Origin: Chloroflexota bacterium
Lineage (GTDB): Bacteria; Chloroflexota; Dehalococcoidia; GIF9; AB-539-J10
Reading direction: 5' to 3'
Length of the DNA: 64,000 nt
NCBI GenBank assembly: GCA_034722275.1
Contig: JAYENW010000020.1
Span: 2,379-66,378 of the forward strand
How positions within the stretch are numbered: the first letter of the stretch is position 1; every line of letters begins with the position of its first letter. Under the pieces are notes generated by a model. The model searched no databases. It was not told the origin of the DNA and saw only the letters and a program-made list of their open reading frames with translations. Shown in pieces: positions 29,830-38,886 of this stretch. Position numbers and translations under genes: made by a program.

Positions 29830-30106
29830 TGGAGTGCACCCCTATATTGGCATAGAAAGGGGTAGGAGGGTTTGATGGGGTGCTTCATTATTTTGTTGAA
29901 CAAGTGCCAATTCCTCAAAATCATTTGGTGAAGGGTACCCCAATACTGAAACCTCTCTGATTCTTCATGGCAAGGGTCTTTCTAACCATTATTATAGGGT
30001 GCTCTGACCCTGCCGAACCTTCCTGCCATAAACTATCCAGTTCTAAGGGTCGCTCTAGATTGACCTGTTTACTGTTTACATAATGATTTGGCTGAATCAA
30101 GTTTAC

Positions 30107-30135
30107 TTGTTTATAATAAAATTAAGCTGTAGAAT
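30107..30135 (+). promoter_or_regulatory. candidate sigma70-type promoter for the corrinoid salvage operon (TTGTTT - 17 nt - TAGAAT)
   Basis: A -35 TTGTTT lies at 30107-30112, a 17-nt AT-rich spacer follows, and a -10 TAGAAT lies at 30130-30135, about 47 nt upstream of the btuF start. Confidence 0.3.
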
Positions 30136-30145
30136 ATAAATTGTG

Positions 30146-30156
30146 TGCCATTGGCA
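30146..30156. promoter_or_regulatory. perfect palindrome TGCCA-T-TGGCA overlapping the predicted transcription start, a candidate operator
   Basis: An 11-nt inverted repeat lies immediately downstream of the -10 element. The decamer ATTGGCATAG also occurs at 29847-29856. Confidence 0.25.
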
Positions 30157-30181
30157 TAGGCAATTTTAGGAGTCAAGTCTT

Positions 30182-31105
30182 ATGAGAGACGTAAGATTTT
30201 TTTTGTTGTTTTTAGTTCTGGTTCTTGTCTTCTCAATAGCCTGTTCTACTGCTGCGCCTCCAGGAGCCGTAGTTGATGATCTGGGAAGAGCAATCAATAT
30301 TGAACGAATACCTCAGAGGATTATCTCTTTAGCTCCTTCCAACACTGAGACACTATTTGCGTTAGGTCTAGGGGATAAAGTCGTGGGGGTGACGGAGTAT
30401 TGCAACTACCCGCCTGAAGCTCTGGATAAGGAAAAGATAGGGGGATATTCCACACCCGATATTGAAAAGATAATCGCACTGCAGCCTGATTTAGTACTGG
30501 CTAGTAGCATTCATGCCAAGGAATTTATTCCTGCTCTGGAGGAGAGAGGCCTCACGGTGTTTGCGTTGGCGCCAGAAAATCTAGGCGGGATACTCGAAGA
30601 TATCCGAATGGTGGGGGAAGTAACCGGAAAAGAGGAAGAAGCAAGTGAACTTGTAACCCGGATGGACAATAGGATTGAGGCAGTAACGAATAAAACCAAA
30701 AATATGCGAGAAAAACCAAGGATTTTCTTTATCACCTGGCATGAGCCCTTATGGACTGTTGGCTCGGGGACTATTATCCAGGAACTGATTGGGAAAGCAG
30801 GCGGAGTTAATATTTTCCAGGATATTAGTGGGCACAGCACAGTCGATCTTGAGGAAGTTATCTTTCGTGATCCTGAGGTAATTATTACTTGTACTGGGCA
30901 TGGAGATGCTAAAGGTAAACCTTTTGAGTGGGCAAAAAGTGAACCAAGGCTTCAGGTTACCAAGGCTAGAAAGAGTAGTAGGATATATCAAGTTGACGCT
31001 GATTTGGTTAATCGTGCTGGCCCCAGAGTGGTTGATGCTTTGGAGTGGTTTGCTTATTTTATTCATCCTGAAGTTTTCGGTAATCCGAAGGAGGTGATCA
31101 AGTGA
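30182..31105 (+). CDS. btuF: ABC transporter periplasmic substrate-binding protein, cobalamin / Fe3+-siderophore (BtuF-like) family
   Basis: The 307-aa product has a signal peptide with lipobox-like Cys (FSIACS) and a class III SBP fold (RIISLAPSNTETLFALGL...VVGVT). A GGAGG ribosome-binding site precedes it. It is the first gene of the corrinoid salvage cluster. Confidence 0.75.
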   Translation: MRDVRFFLLFLVLVLVFSIACSTAAPPGAVVDDLGRAINIERIPQRIISLAPSNTETLFALGLGDKVVGVTEYCNYPPEALDKEKIGGYSTPDIEKIIALQPDLVLASSIHAKEFIPALEERGLTVFALAPENLGGILEDIRMVGEVTGKEEEASELVTRMDNRIEAVTNKTKNMREKPRIFFITWHEPLWTVGSGTIIQELIGKAGGVNIFQDISGHSTVDLEEVIFRDPEVIITCTGHGDAKGKPFEWAKSEPRLQVTKARKSSRIYQVDADLVNRAGPRVVDALEWFAYFIHPEVFGNPKEVIK

Positions 31106-31737
31106 AGGTTTTTTCTTCCTGGAGTGGTGGAAAGGAATCTGCCCTGGCGACTTATAAGGCAATTTCACAAGGCCACGAAGTTTTGTATTTGGTCAATTTC
31201 GTCTCTGAAGATGGAAAGAGATCTAGGTCTCATGGGATCAAGGCTAATGTTTTGGCTTTACAGGCGGAAGCTATGGGCATTCCCTTAATTCAGGTAAAAA
31301 CATCTTGGGAAGATTATGAAGAGAATTTTAAAAAAGTTGCAACGCGGCTCAAGAAGAAAGGAATAGAGGGTGGAATTTTTGGCGATATGGAATTGGAGGA
31401 GCATCGGGAATGGATAGAAAGGGTCTGTGGTGAACTAAAAATAAAGGCGTTTTTGCCACTTTGGGGGATAGAGGCTGAGGAGCTGATCGATGAGTTTCTC
31501 AAGCTAGGATTTAAGGCTATGGTGATAGCTACTAAATTAGATGAGAATTTACTGGGGAAAGTTTTAGATGAGGCTCTTTTGAACCAAGTTATTCGACTTG
31601 GCTCCCACCCGTGTGGGGAAAATGGAGAATACCACACTTTTGTCACTTCAGGACCCACTTTCAAGAAGCCATTCGAAGTTGCTTTGGGGAAAAAAGAAGA
31701 AAGAGATGATACATGGTTTTTGGAAGTTTTGGCTTAA
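31102..31737 (+). CDS. PP-loop ATP pyrophosphatase of the MJ0570 / diphthine-ammonia ligase (ATP_bind_4) family
   Basis: The 211-aa product has a SWSGGKESA PP-loop and is colinear with MJ0570-like proteins (EVLYLVNFVSE, HTFVTSGP). A GTG start overlaps the btuF stop by 4 nt, preceded by an AAGGAGG ribosome-binding site. Confidence 0.7.
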   Translation: MKVFSSWSGGKESALATYKAISQGHEVLYLVNFVSEDGKRSRSHGIKANVLALQAEAMGIPLIQVKTSWEDYEENFKKVATRLKKKGIEGGIFGDMELEEHREWIERVCGELKIKAFLPLWGIEAEELIDEFLKLGFKAMVIATKLDENLLGKVLDEALLNQVIRLGSHPCGENGEYHTFVTSGPTFKKPFEVALGKKEERDDTWFLEVLA

Positions 31738-31765
31738 TACAATAAAGATTAATGAAGGGAGTAAG

Positions 31766-32296
31766 ATGAAAGAGAAAGGTTTAACTCAAATATATACTGG
31801 AGATGGTAAAGGAAAGTCTACCGCTGCTGTTGGTCAAGCAGTTCGTGCTGCCGGTCACGATTTAAAAGTGGGCTTGGTCACTTTCTTTAAAGATCCCGAG
31901 GTATTTGGATATGGAGAATATCGATCTCTGCAAAGGCTGGGGATAAAAACATTTCACTTTGCCAGGAAGCATCCTCATTTTTATAAGGAAGTGAGCATGG
32001 ATGAAGTCAGGGAAGAATGCCTAGAAGGCGTGGAGTTTATTGAGGAACTTTTCAAAGATAAGTCCTGGGATATACTGGTTTTGGATGAAATAAACATTGC
32101 TGTGCGCGATGGCTTCTTGAAGGAAGAGGAGGTTCTTTCTCTTTTGGAGGCGAAGCCGGAGAAATTGGAGCTTATCTTAACGGGTCGTGGAGTTTCAGAA
32201 AAGATTATAGAGAAGGCAGATTTGGTTAGCGAGGTTAAGAAGATAAAACATCCTTATGATCAGGGAATACAAAAAAGAGAAGGCATTGAATATTAG
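31766..32296 (+). CDS. cobA: cob(I)yrinic acid a,c-diamide / cob(I)alamin adenosyltransferase (CobA/BtuR type)
   Basis: The start is an ATG at 31766 with an AGGGAG ribosome-binding site. The product begins MKEKGLTQIYTGDGKGKSTAAVG with the CobA P-loop and has the downstream ILDEIN motif. The longer ORF-track start at 31598 would overlap the preceding gene and is rejected. Confidence 0.8.
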   Translation: MKEKGLTQIYTGDGKGKSTAAVGQAVRAAGHDLKVGLVTFFKDPEVFGYGEYRSLQRLGIKTFHFARKHPHFYKEVSMDEVREECLEGVEFIEELFKDKSWDILVLDEINIAVRDGFLKEEEVLSLLEAKPEKLELILTGRGVSEKIIEKADLVSEVKKIKHPYDQGIQKREGIEY

Positions 32297-32346
32297 TATA
32301 GATTACCTGGAATGTGCTCTTGGAGCTTTGTGTCTGAGGGTTAACG

Positions 32347-33450
32347 ATGTTGTTACATGCGGTGTCAGAATCAATCAGTGAGCCTGCTATACCTTATGCT
32401 CTTCATTGGAGGGGCAAGCTTTATGCCCTGATAGGGGTTTTGGGATTGCTTGTGGCAACAGTTATATTTGCCACTACCCTGGGAAGTGCTCATATACCTT
32501 TTTCTACTTGTCTTCAGGTTCTTCTTTCCCAGATACCTTTTTTACACATCAGCCTATCCTGTCCAGCGACTCTTAATATAGCAACCTTGAATACGATAAT
32601 CGTGGATATCAGGCTGCCGCGGATTCTTCTGGCGGGCTTGGTGGGAGCAGCCTTGGCGGTAGCTGGGGCTACTTACCAGGGATTATTTCGTAATCCCTTG
32701 GCTGATCCCTATCTTCTTGGTGTTGCCTCGGGGGCTGGATTGGGAGCTACCGTTGCTTTCCTCATTCCCTTCGCTATCTCTTGGATGAGCCTTGGTGCAG
32801 TTCCTTTATTTGCTTTCATTGGCGCTATGGGTGCTGTGGCTGTAGTCTATTCATTAGCTCGTGTGGGCAAGACCCTGCCAGCAACCACCCTTATCCTGGC
32901 TGGAGTAGCTTTGGGTGCTTTTCTATCTTCAATCACCTCTTACCTTATGACTATTTGTGGGGAGGAACTGCATGGGATTGTATTTTGGCTGATGGGGGGA
33001 CTTTCCCTGACTAAATGGTCTGAAGTATGGACGGTTCTGCCTTGTGTATTGGTGGGCATTGTAATCATCTGTCTTCATGCTCGGCCTCTTAATGTGATGC
33101 AGCTTGATGAAGAGCAGGCACAGCAATTGGGCATTAATGTGGAGAGAGTCAAGCTTATCTTGATGAGCGCAGCCACTTTAATTACTTCTGCTGCAGTTTG
33201 CTTCACGGGTCTAATAGGTTTCGTTGGTATCATTGTTCCCCATGCGGTGAGGCTTATTTGGGGTCCTGACTATCGTTTCTTGCTCCCCTTGTCTGTTTTA
33301 GTTGGTGCTGTATTCCTCATCCTTGCTGACACCTTGGCGCATACATTGCTTTCTCCTACAGAGATTCCGGTGGGTATAATCACCGCTTTCTGTGGAGCCC
33401 CCTTCTTTCTTTATTTATTGCGACGAAAAAAAGGACTTGCTTTCTTTTAA
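32347..33450 (+). CDS. btuC: FecCD-family ABC permease (corrinoid/siderophore type)
   Basis: The 367-aa product has about 9-10 transmembrane helices, a conserved RLPRILLAGLVGAALA segment and a C-terminal EIPVGIITAFCGAPFFLYLL motif. Confidence 0.8.
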   Translation: MLLHAVSESISEPAIPYALHWRGKLYALIGVLGLLVATVIFATTLGSAHIPFSTCLQVLLSQIPFLHISLSCPATLNIATLNTIIVDIRLPRILLAGLVGAALAVAGATYQGLFRNPLADPYLLGVASGAGLGATVAFLIPFAISWMSLGAVPLFAFIGAMGAVAVVYSLARVGKTLPATTLILAGVALGAFLSSITSYLMTICGEELHGIVFWLMGGLSLTKWSEVWTVLPCVLVGIVIICLHARPLNVMQLDEEQAQQLGINVERVKLILMSAATLITSAAVCFTGLIGFVGIIVPHAVRLIWGPDYRFLLPLSVLVGAVFLILADTLAHTLLSPTEIPVGIITAFCGAPFFLYLLRRKKGLAFF

Positions 33451-33485
33451 AGAGGCTATATTTAAGCAAAATAGGGTAAAGTGTC

Positions 33486-34292
33486 ATGATTGAACTAAAG
33501 GACGTCAGTTTAGGCTATAACCATCGGGCTGTCCTGAATAATATAAACCTGGAGGCGGTGCCAGGTAAGATGTTGGGGCTCATTGGACCTAATGGTTCGG
33601 GGAAGTCAACATTGATCAAGGGGATGACTAGGGTGATCAATCTTTTCTCCGGGCATATTTTTATTGATGGTCATGAAATAGCTAGTATGAAGAGAGAGGA
33701 GCTTGCTAAATTTGTGGCTGTTGTACCCCAAAATCCTGTTTTGCCTGAAGCTTTCACTGCCTTTGAAATGGTGCTCATGGGGCGGACGCCTCATCTGGGG
33801 CTTCTTCGCTATGAAGGGGGAAAGGATATAGCTATTGTCTGGCAAGCGATGAAAATGACACAAGCGGAATTTCTCGCGGAACGCAGAGTGGGGGAGCTTT
33901 CTGGAGGAGAAAAGCAGAGACTTGTTATCGCTCGGGCTTTAACTCAGCAGTCAGAGGTGCTTCTTCTTGATGAGCCCACTGCACAGTTAGACATAAATAA
34001 CCAAATTGAGATTCTAGACTTGATCAAGAGACTGTCCCTTGAGCATAGTTTGACTGTTATTGTTGCCTTGCATGACCTCAATTTGGCAGCTCAATATTGC
34101 GATTGGCTGGTCATGCTGAAGGAAGGAAAGATTTATACTGAGGGTATACCCCAAGATGTACTTGTTCCTCACAATATCAAAGATGTATATGGAGCTGAAG
34201 TAAGCGTCCTTCCTCATCCGGTCAATGGTTTGCCGGTGACGCTTATTACAAGCAGTGAAGGCAACAAAGAAAAGGACTACATTCGCTATTAA
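33486..34292 (+). CDS. btuD: ABC transporter ATP-binding protein (BtuD/FepC type)
   Basis: The 268-aa product has Walker A (GPNGSGKST), an ABC signature (LSGGEKQR) and Walker B (LLLDEPT). Confidence 0.85.
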   Translation: MIELKDVSLGYNHRAVLNNINLEAVPGKMLGLIGPNGSGKSTLIKGMTRVINLFSGHIFIDGHEIASMKREELAKFVAVVPQNPVLPEAFTAFEMVLMGRTPHLGLLRYEGGKDIAIVWQAMKMTQAEFLAERRVGELSGGEKQRLVIARALTQQSEVLLLDEPTAQLDINNQIEILDLIKRLSLEHSLTVIVALHDLNLAAQYCDWLVMLKEGKIYTEGIPQDVLVPHNIKDVYGAEVSVLPHPVNGLPVTLITSSEGNKEKDYIRY

Positions 34293-34300
34293 GGAAAGCT

Positions 34301-35233
34301 GTGGAAGTTTTATTTGTCTTTCTTCTGGCCCTGGTTCTCGACTTTTTTGTGGGTGAGCCACCTCGACCTGTGCATCCTGTTGTCTGGATGGGAAAGCTGA
34401 TATCTCTATTGGAGCGAATCGCCTTTCCCCGTGATTCTCGAGCACAATTCATCTATGGCAGCATAATGTGCTTGCTTACTATTCTTGTCTTTGTCTTACC
34501 AGTCTATTTTCTCTTGTCCTTTCTCCATGATTTAAATTCTATAGCTTATGTATTTTTAGCTGCTTTGTTGTTAAAAAGTACTTTTGCCTTTAGAGAATTG
34601 CGACAGACTGCTTTGATGGTCAAATCATTTCTTTCTCAAGATAATTTAAAGAAAGCTCGTGCTGCTATGCCGGCTTTAGTTAGCCGTGACACTCAAGGCA
34701 TGGGGAAGCCCGAGCTGGTATCAGCAACGATAGAATCTGTGGCAGAGAACATTTGTGATAGTTTCATTGCTCCCTTATTTTACTTCTTGTTTCTTGGGGT
34801 GTCTGGTGCCATAGCTTATCGTGTGGTCAATACGTTAGATGCCATGATTGGTTATCATGGGGAATGGGAATATTTGGGCAAATTTGCTGCCAGGCTGGAT
34901 GATATCCTGAATTTCGTCCCGGCACGAATCTCGGGATTATTGCTGGTAGCGGCAGCATATCTATATCATAAAGATGGCAAAAGTGCCTGGCGAATTATGC
35001 TTCGTGACCACTATAAAACGGAAAGTCCTAATGCTGGGTGGACTATAAGCGCTATGGCAGGGGCGCTTGGGACACGATTGGAAAAGAGAGCTTACTATAC
35101 TTTAGGTGATAGCAGCAATCCCTTGTCAAATCAACTGATTGGCTCTGGAGTGAGATTGCTTGATATCTCTGCCCTGCTTTGGGTTGGCCTTTACTTCATC
35201 ATGGAGGTAATGTTTTTTGTCTTTATCGCCTAA
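34301..35233 (+). CDS. cbiB: adenosylcobinamide-phosphate synthase CbiB/CobD
   Basis: The 310-aa membrane protein has a conserved HPV..MG N-terminal motif (PPRPVHPVVWMGK) and CbiB-family topology. Confidence 0.85.
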   Translation: MEVLFVFLLALVLDFFVGEPPRPVHPVVWMGKLISLLERIAFPRDSRAQFIYGSIMCLLTILVFVLPVYFLLSFLHDLNSIAYVFLAALLLKSTFAFRELRQTALMVKSFLSQDNLKKARAAMPALVSRDTQGMGKPELVSATIESVAENICDSFIAPLFYFLFLGVSGAIAYRVVNTLDAMIGYHGEWEYLGKFAARLDDILNFVPARISGLLLVAAAYLYHKDGKSAWRIMLRDHYKTESPNAGWTISAMAGALGTRLEKRAYYTLGDSSNPLSNQLIGSGVRLLDISALLWVGLYFIMEVMFFVFIA

Positions 35234-36344
35234 ACAAGTATCATGGAGACCTACCCCTAGCCGTGTGGGTCTAATGCCTGCTACGCATGGAGGTATTGAT
35301 TACGCTGAGCTAGAGATGCTGGGTATTGCCTCTCAGGAGGTTCTCGATTTCAGTGCTAACTTAAACCCTTTTGGGCCACCGCCGGGGATAATGGAGGCAA
35401 TAAACGAAATGGACGTCTCTCATTATCCTGATTCTGAGTCTACCTCTTTGAGGCGCTCCTTAAGCAGCAGTTTGGGGATAAAGGAGAATAATATAATAGT
35501 GGGCAATGGTTCTACTGAGCTTATACGCCTTGCTGCTCTGGCATATTTGGACAAGGAGGACAAAGTGCTCGTTATTGAGCCCACATTTGGCGAGTATGAG
35601 CTTGCTTGCCAACTTGCCGGGGCATCTGTGATAAAACAACAGTTGTTGCCGGAAGATGTTTTCCGCTTAGATGTAAAGGAAACCCTTGCCTTAATTCAGC
35701 GCCATGGTATTACAGGGGTCTTTATTGCTAATCCCAATAATCCCAGTGGGCAATATATCTCACAGATAGAGTTTGAGAAAATTCTGGATGCGGCTAAGAA
35801 TGCTTTAGTAGTTCTGGATGAGGCTTATATTAGCTTTGTCGAGAATAGCTGGACTTCTTTCGATTTCATCCTTGCTGGTAACTTGCTCGTTTTACGCTCT
35901 ATGACAAAAGATTATGCCATGGCTGGGCTTCGTCTCGGCTATGGAGTGGCAAGTGAGGAAATTATCGCTAACTTGCATAATATCTCTTTGCCCTGGAATG
36001 TCAATGCTCTAGCGCAAAAAGCAGGGATTGTGGCTTTGGAAAATGAAGACTATCTTAATCATTGTCGGGCAGAGCTTGAGAAAGCAAAAAGCTATCTGAT
36101 AACGGAGCTTTCCACTCTTGGTTTATCTCCACTTCCTTCAAAGGCAAATTTCTTTCTGGTAGAAGTTGGTGATGCCAGGATATTCCGCACGGAGTTGCTT
36201 AAACGAAAGATATTGGTACGTGATTGCACTTCGTTTGGTCTTCCCCATTACATTCGCATTGCTCCTCGTACTTTACCTGAATGTCAAAAATTAATTGCCT
36301 CAGTTAAAGAGATAATGAAAGGAAAAAGGAGGATAGGACTTTGA
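35217..36344 (+). CDS. cobD: L-threonine-O-3-phosphate decarboxylase (class I/II aminotransferase fold)
   Basis: The 375-aa product has a PLP-lysine region (SMTKDYAMAGLRLGY) and HGG near the N-terminus. The TTG start at 35217 sits 8 nt after a GGAGG. The ATG at 35274 is an alternative start. Confidence 0.75.
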   Translation: MSLSPKQVSWRPTPSRVGLMPATHGGIDYAELEMLGIASQEVLDFSANLNPFGPPPGIMEAINEMDVSHYPDSESTSLRRSLSSSLGIKENNIIVGNGSTELIRLAALAYLDKEDKVLVIEPTFGEYELACQLAGASVIKQQLLPEDVFRLDVKETLALIQRHGITGVFIANPNNPSGQYISQIEFEKILDAAKNALVVLDEAYISFVENSWTSFDFILAGNLLVLRSMTKDYAMAGLRLGYGVASEEIIANLHNISLPWNVNALAQKAGIVALENEDYLNHCRAELEKAKSYLITELSTLGLSPLPSKANFFLVEVGDARIFRTELLKRKILVRDCTSFGLPHYIRIAPRTLPECQKLIASVKEIMKGKRRIGL

Positions 36345-37414
36345 GTATCTCTCTTTATCAGGTACTGAAAGAAATAAAGCCCATGGATGTAGAGGCTATG
36401 AAGACAGCTCAGACTCGTCAGGATGAGCTGACCAAACCAGGGGGAAGTTTAGGCCGATTGGAGGAACTATCTATTCAAATGGCTGGTATTAAAGGCAAGG
36501 TAATATCGGGCTTTCAGCACAAAGCCATTATCACTATGGCTGCTGACCATGGTGTAGTAAATGATGAGGTCAGTCTTTACCCTCAGGAAGTTACCAGGCA
36601 GATGGTGTTTAATTTCCTTGCTGGGGGTGCTGCCATAAATGTTCTGGCTCGTCTCGTAGGCGCTCGCGTTGTCATCGTCGATATGGGAGTGATTGGAGGG
36701 GTTGAGCCGCATCCTGGCCTTATCTGCAAGATGATTGATTTTGGCACCAAAGATATGACTAAAGGGCCGGCAATGACGAGAGGGCAAGCACTGGATTCAA
36801 TTCAAGCTGGAATTGAAGTCATAGAAGGCGAAATCGCTAAAGGTCTTGATATTGTAGGCACTGGGGATATGGGTATTGGTAATACTACTGCCAGTAGTGC
36901 TATATGTGCTGCTATTACAGGAGACCTGGTGGAGAATGTGACTGGGTATGGTGCCGGGCTCAGTGATAAACAGCGTGCTCATAAGATTAAGATGATTAAA
37001 CAGGCTTTGGAGCTTAACAAACCTGATTCCAAAGACCCTATTGATGTATTAAGTAAAGTCGGAGGTTTTGAAATTGGAAGCTTAGCTGGGGTTATGCTTG
37101 GGGCAGCAACTCATCGAATCCCTGTGGTCATCGATGGTTTTATCTCGGGAGCTGCGGCACTCATAGCTACTGAACTTGCGCCTGTGTTAAAGAATTATCT
37201 TATCGCGGCACATCTTTCTGCTGAAGGTGGACATAAGAGATTGCTGGAATATTTAGGATTGGTTCCTCTTCTAAACTTGGGAATGCGCCTTGGCGAGGGG
37301 ACAGGGGCGGTACTGGGAATGGCAATTGTAGAAGCGGCAGTGAAAACTTTGAATGAGATGGCTACTTTTGCTGAAGCTGGTGTTTCACAGAGCAAGGAAG
37401 ACTCGTTATCTTGA
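36341..37414 (+). CDS. cobT: nicotinate-nucleotide--dimethylbenzimidazole phosphoribosyltransferase
   Basis: The 357-aa product has an LTKPGGSLGRLEEL N-terminal motif, a GDMGIGNTT signature and a catalytic Glu region. A TTG start follows an AAGGAGG ribosome-binding site. Confidence 0.85.
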   Translation: MSISLYQVLKEIKPMDVEAMKTAQTRQDELTKPGGSLGRLEELSIQMAGIKGKVISGFQHKAIITMAADHGVVNDEVSLYPQEVTRQMVFNFLAGGAAINVLARLVGARVVIVDMGVIGGVEPHPGLICKMIDFGTKDMTKGPAMTRGQALDSIQAGIEVIEGEIAKGLDIVGTGDMGIGNTTASSAICAAITGDLVENVTGYGAGLSDKQRAHKIKMIKQALELNKPDSKDPIDVLSKVGGFEIGSLAGVMLGAATHRIPVVIDGFISGAAALIATELAPVLKNYLIAAHLSAEGGHKRLLEYLGLVPLLNLGMRLGEGTGAVLGMAIVEAAVKTLNEMATFAEAGVSQSKEDSLS

Positions 37415-37498
37415 ATATAGGTAAAGCTCCAGGACTCTTTGTTGTGCTCGGAATGGTAGAATGCCGCAGTGAAAATTCAAAGAAAGAGGAATGACTAA

Positions 37499-38266
37499 GT
37501 GAGATTCTGGACTGCTTGGCAGTTTCTTACCATAATACCTCCTCCCCACCGTTCTGAATATACTTCTGGTGATATGAGTAAGTCGCTAATCTTTTTCCCC
37601 ATAGTGGGGCTTTTCTTGGGGTTGGTACTGTTGGGTTTGGATTTTCTCCTGGGATTATTTTTGCCACCTATCTTGATCAATGTCTTGCTTCTGGTTGTTT
37701 TGGTTGTCCTCACGGGGGCTTTACACCTCGATGGTTTCATTGATACCTGTGATGGCCTCGCAGTCAAGAGTTCGGTTCGGGAAAAGTTATATGTTATGAG
37801 TGATAGTCGTGTTGGTGGTTTTGGAGTCGTGGGAGGCTGCTGCCTCATCCTGGCTGAATTTGCCTCATTGGTTGCCCTGCCGGAGGGATTAAGGTCGAGC
37901 GCTCTCGTGCTTATGCCTCTTTTGAGTCGCTGGGGAATGGTCTATGCTATTTTTAGCTTCCCTGCGGCTAAGAAAGAAGGGGTGGGATGGGCTATTAAGC
38001 AAGGGGCTGATTGGAAAGAAATGGCTTTAGCAACAGTGATTTCTTTGATGATTGCGTTGGCTTTATTCAGTTGGTGGGGAGCAGTGCTTCTGGCAGCAAT
38101 TTGTCTGCTTATCCTGCTGTTTTCAAAATATCTTTACTCCCGGTTTGGAGGTCTCACCGGAGATAACTATGGTGCTATAAATGAGTTTGCTGAAGTAGCC
38201 GTGCTCCTTTTAATTTTTATAATAGGTAAATTGGGAGGTGCTAGCTGGCTGAGTGCATTCTTATAA
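37499..38266 (+). CDS. cobS: adenosylcobinamide-GDP ribazoletransferase (cobalamin synthase)
   Basis: The 255-aa polytopic membrane protein has conserved Asp residues (LHLDGFIDTCDG). Confidence 0.8.
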   Translation: MRFWTAWQFLTIIPPPHRSEYTSGDMSKSLIFFPIVGLFLGLVLLGLDFLLGLFLPPILINVLLLVVLVVLTGALHLDGFIDTCDGLAVKSSVREKLYVMSDSRVGGFGVVGGCCLILAEFASLVALPEGLRSSALVLMPLLSRWGMVYAIFSFPAAKKEGVGWAIKQGADWKEMALATVISLMIALALFSWWGAVLLAAICLLILLFSKYLYSRFGGLTGDNYGAINEFAEVAVLLLIFIIGKLGGASWLSAFL

Positions 38267-38310
38267 ATTGATAGGTTTTATTTTCATGACCTTGGCAGAA
38301 AAGCGATCTC

Positions 38311-38886
38311 ATGGCTAAGAATTTTATCCTTATTCTTGGTGGAATTCGCAGTGGCAAGAGCAGGTTTGCCCAGAGCATGGCAGCAAAACTTGGGAAGAAG
38401 GTACTTTTTGTAGCTACTGCAGAAGCTCTTGACGCTGAAATGACTTTCAGGATCAGGGAGCATAAAAAGGTGCGCCCTAAGGACTGGCGGACACTGGAGA
38501 TTAATATCAATGTGGGGCAGAAGTTGGGAAGGCAGATTGCTGATGCCGATGTCGTTTTGCTTGATTGTTTAACCTTGCTCGTCTCTAATGTGATAATTGG
38601 AGATAGCAAAAGCCCTGCCTCTGTAGCACAGAAACGCGTCGTGTCTGAGATAGAAGATTTAGTTAAGTGTATTGATAAATGTGAAGGTACCTTTATCATA
38701 GTTTCTAACGAAGTGGGTTTGGGCCTGATGCCTGCGAATAAATTAGGTCGGCTTTACTGCGATTGTCTGGGCAGAGCCAATCAACTTCTAGCCCGGCATG
38801 CAAGCCATGTTTACTTTATGGTCTCAGGTATTCCAATCGCAATAAAAGGTGAAGTACATCAGGAATGTGAAAGAGGTTGGGAATAA
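38311..38886 (+). CDS. cobU: adenosylcobinamide kinase / adenosylcobinamide-phosphate guanylyltransferase
   Basis: The 191-aa product has a P-loop (ILGGIRSGKS) and the CobU family C-terminal region. Confidence 0.85.
   Translation: MAKNFILILGGIRSGKSRFAQSMAAKLGKKVLFVATAEALDAEMTFRIREHKKVRPKDWRTLEININVGQKLGRQIADADVVLLDCLTLLVSNVIIGDSKSPASVAQKRVVSEIEDLVKCIDKCEGTFIIVSNEVGLGLMPANKLGRLYCDCLGRANQLLARHASHVYFMVSGIPIAIKGEVHQECERGWE

Noticed and set aside
29900-30000. Cobalamin riboswitch upstream of btuF
   Set aside because: Only partial resemblance to the conserved core was seen (GGTG...CCC..ACTG.AA). No B12-box (GCCACTG-like) was found. The best promoter lies downstream of this segment. A covariance-model search is needed to decide.
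31598-31765. Longer 232-aa version of cobA starting at 31598
   Set aside because: It would overlap the preceding PP-loop gene by 140 nt in another frame and add a non-conserved N-terminus. The ATG at 31766 with an AGGGAG ribosome-binding site gives a canonical 176-aa CobA.
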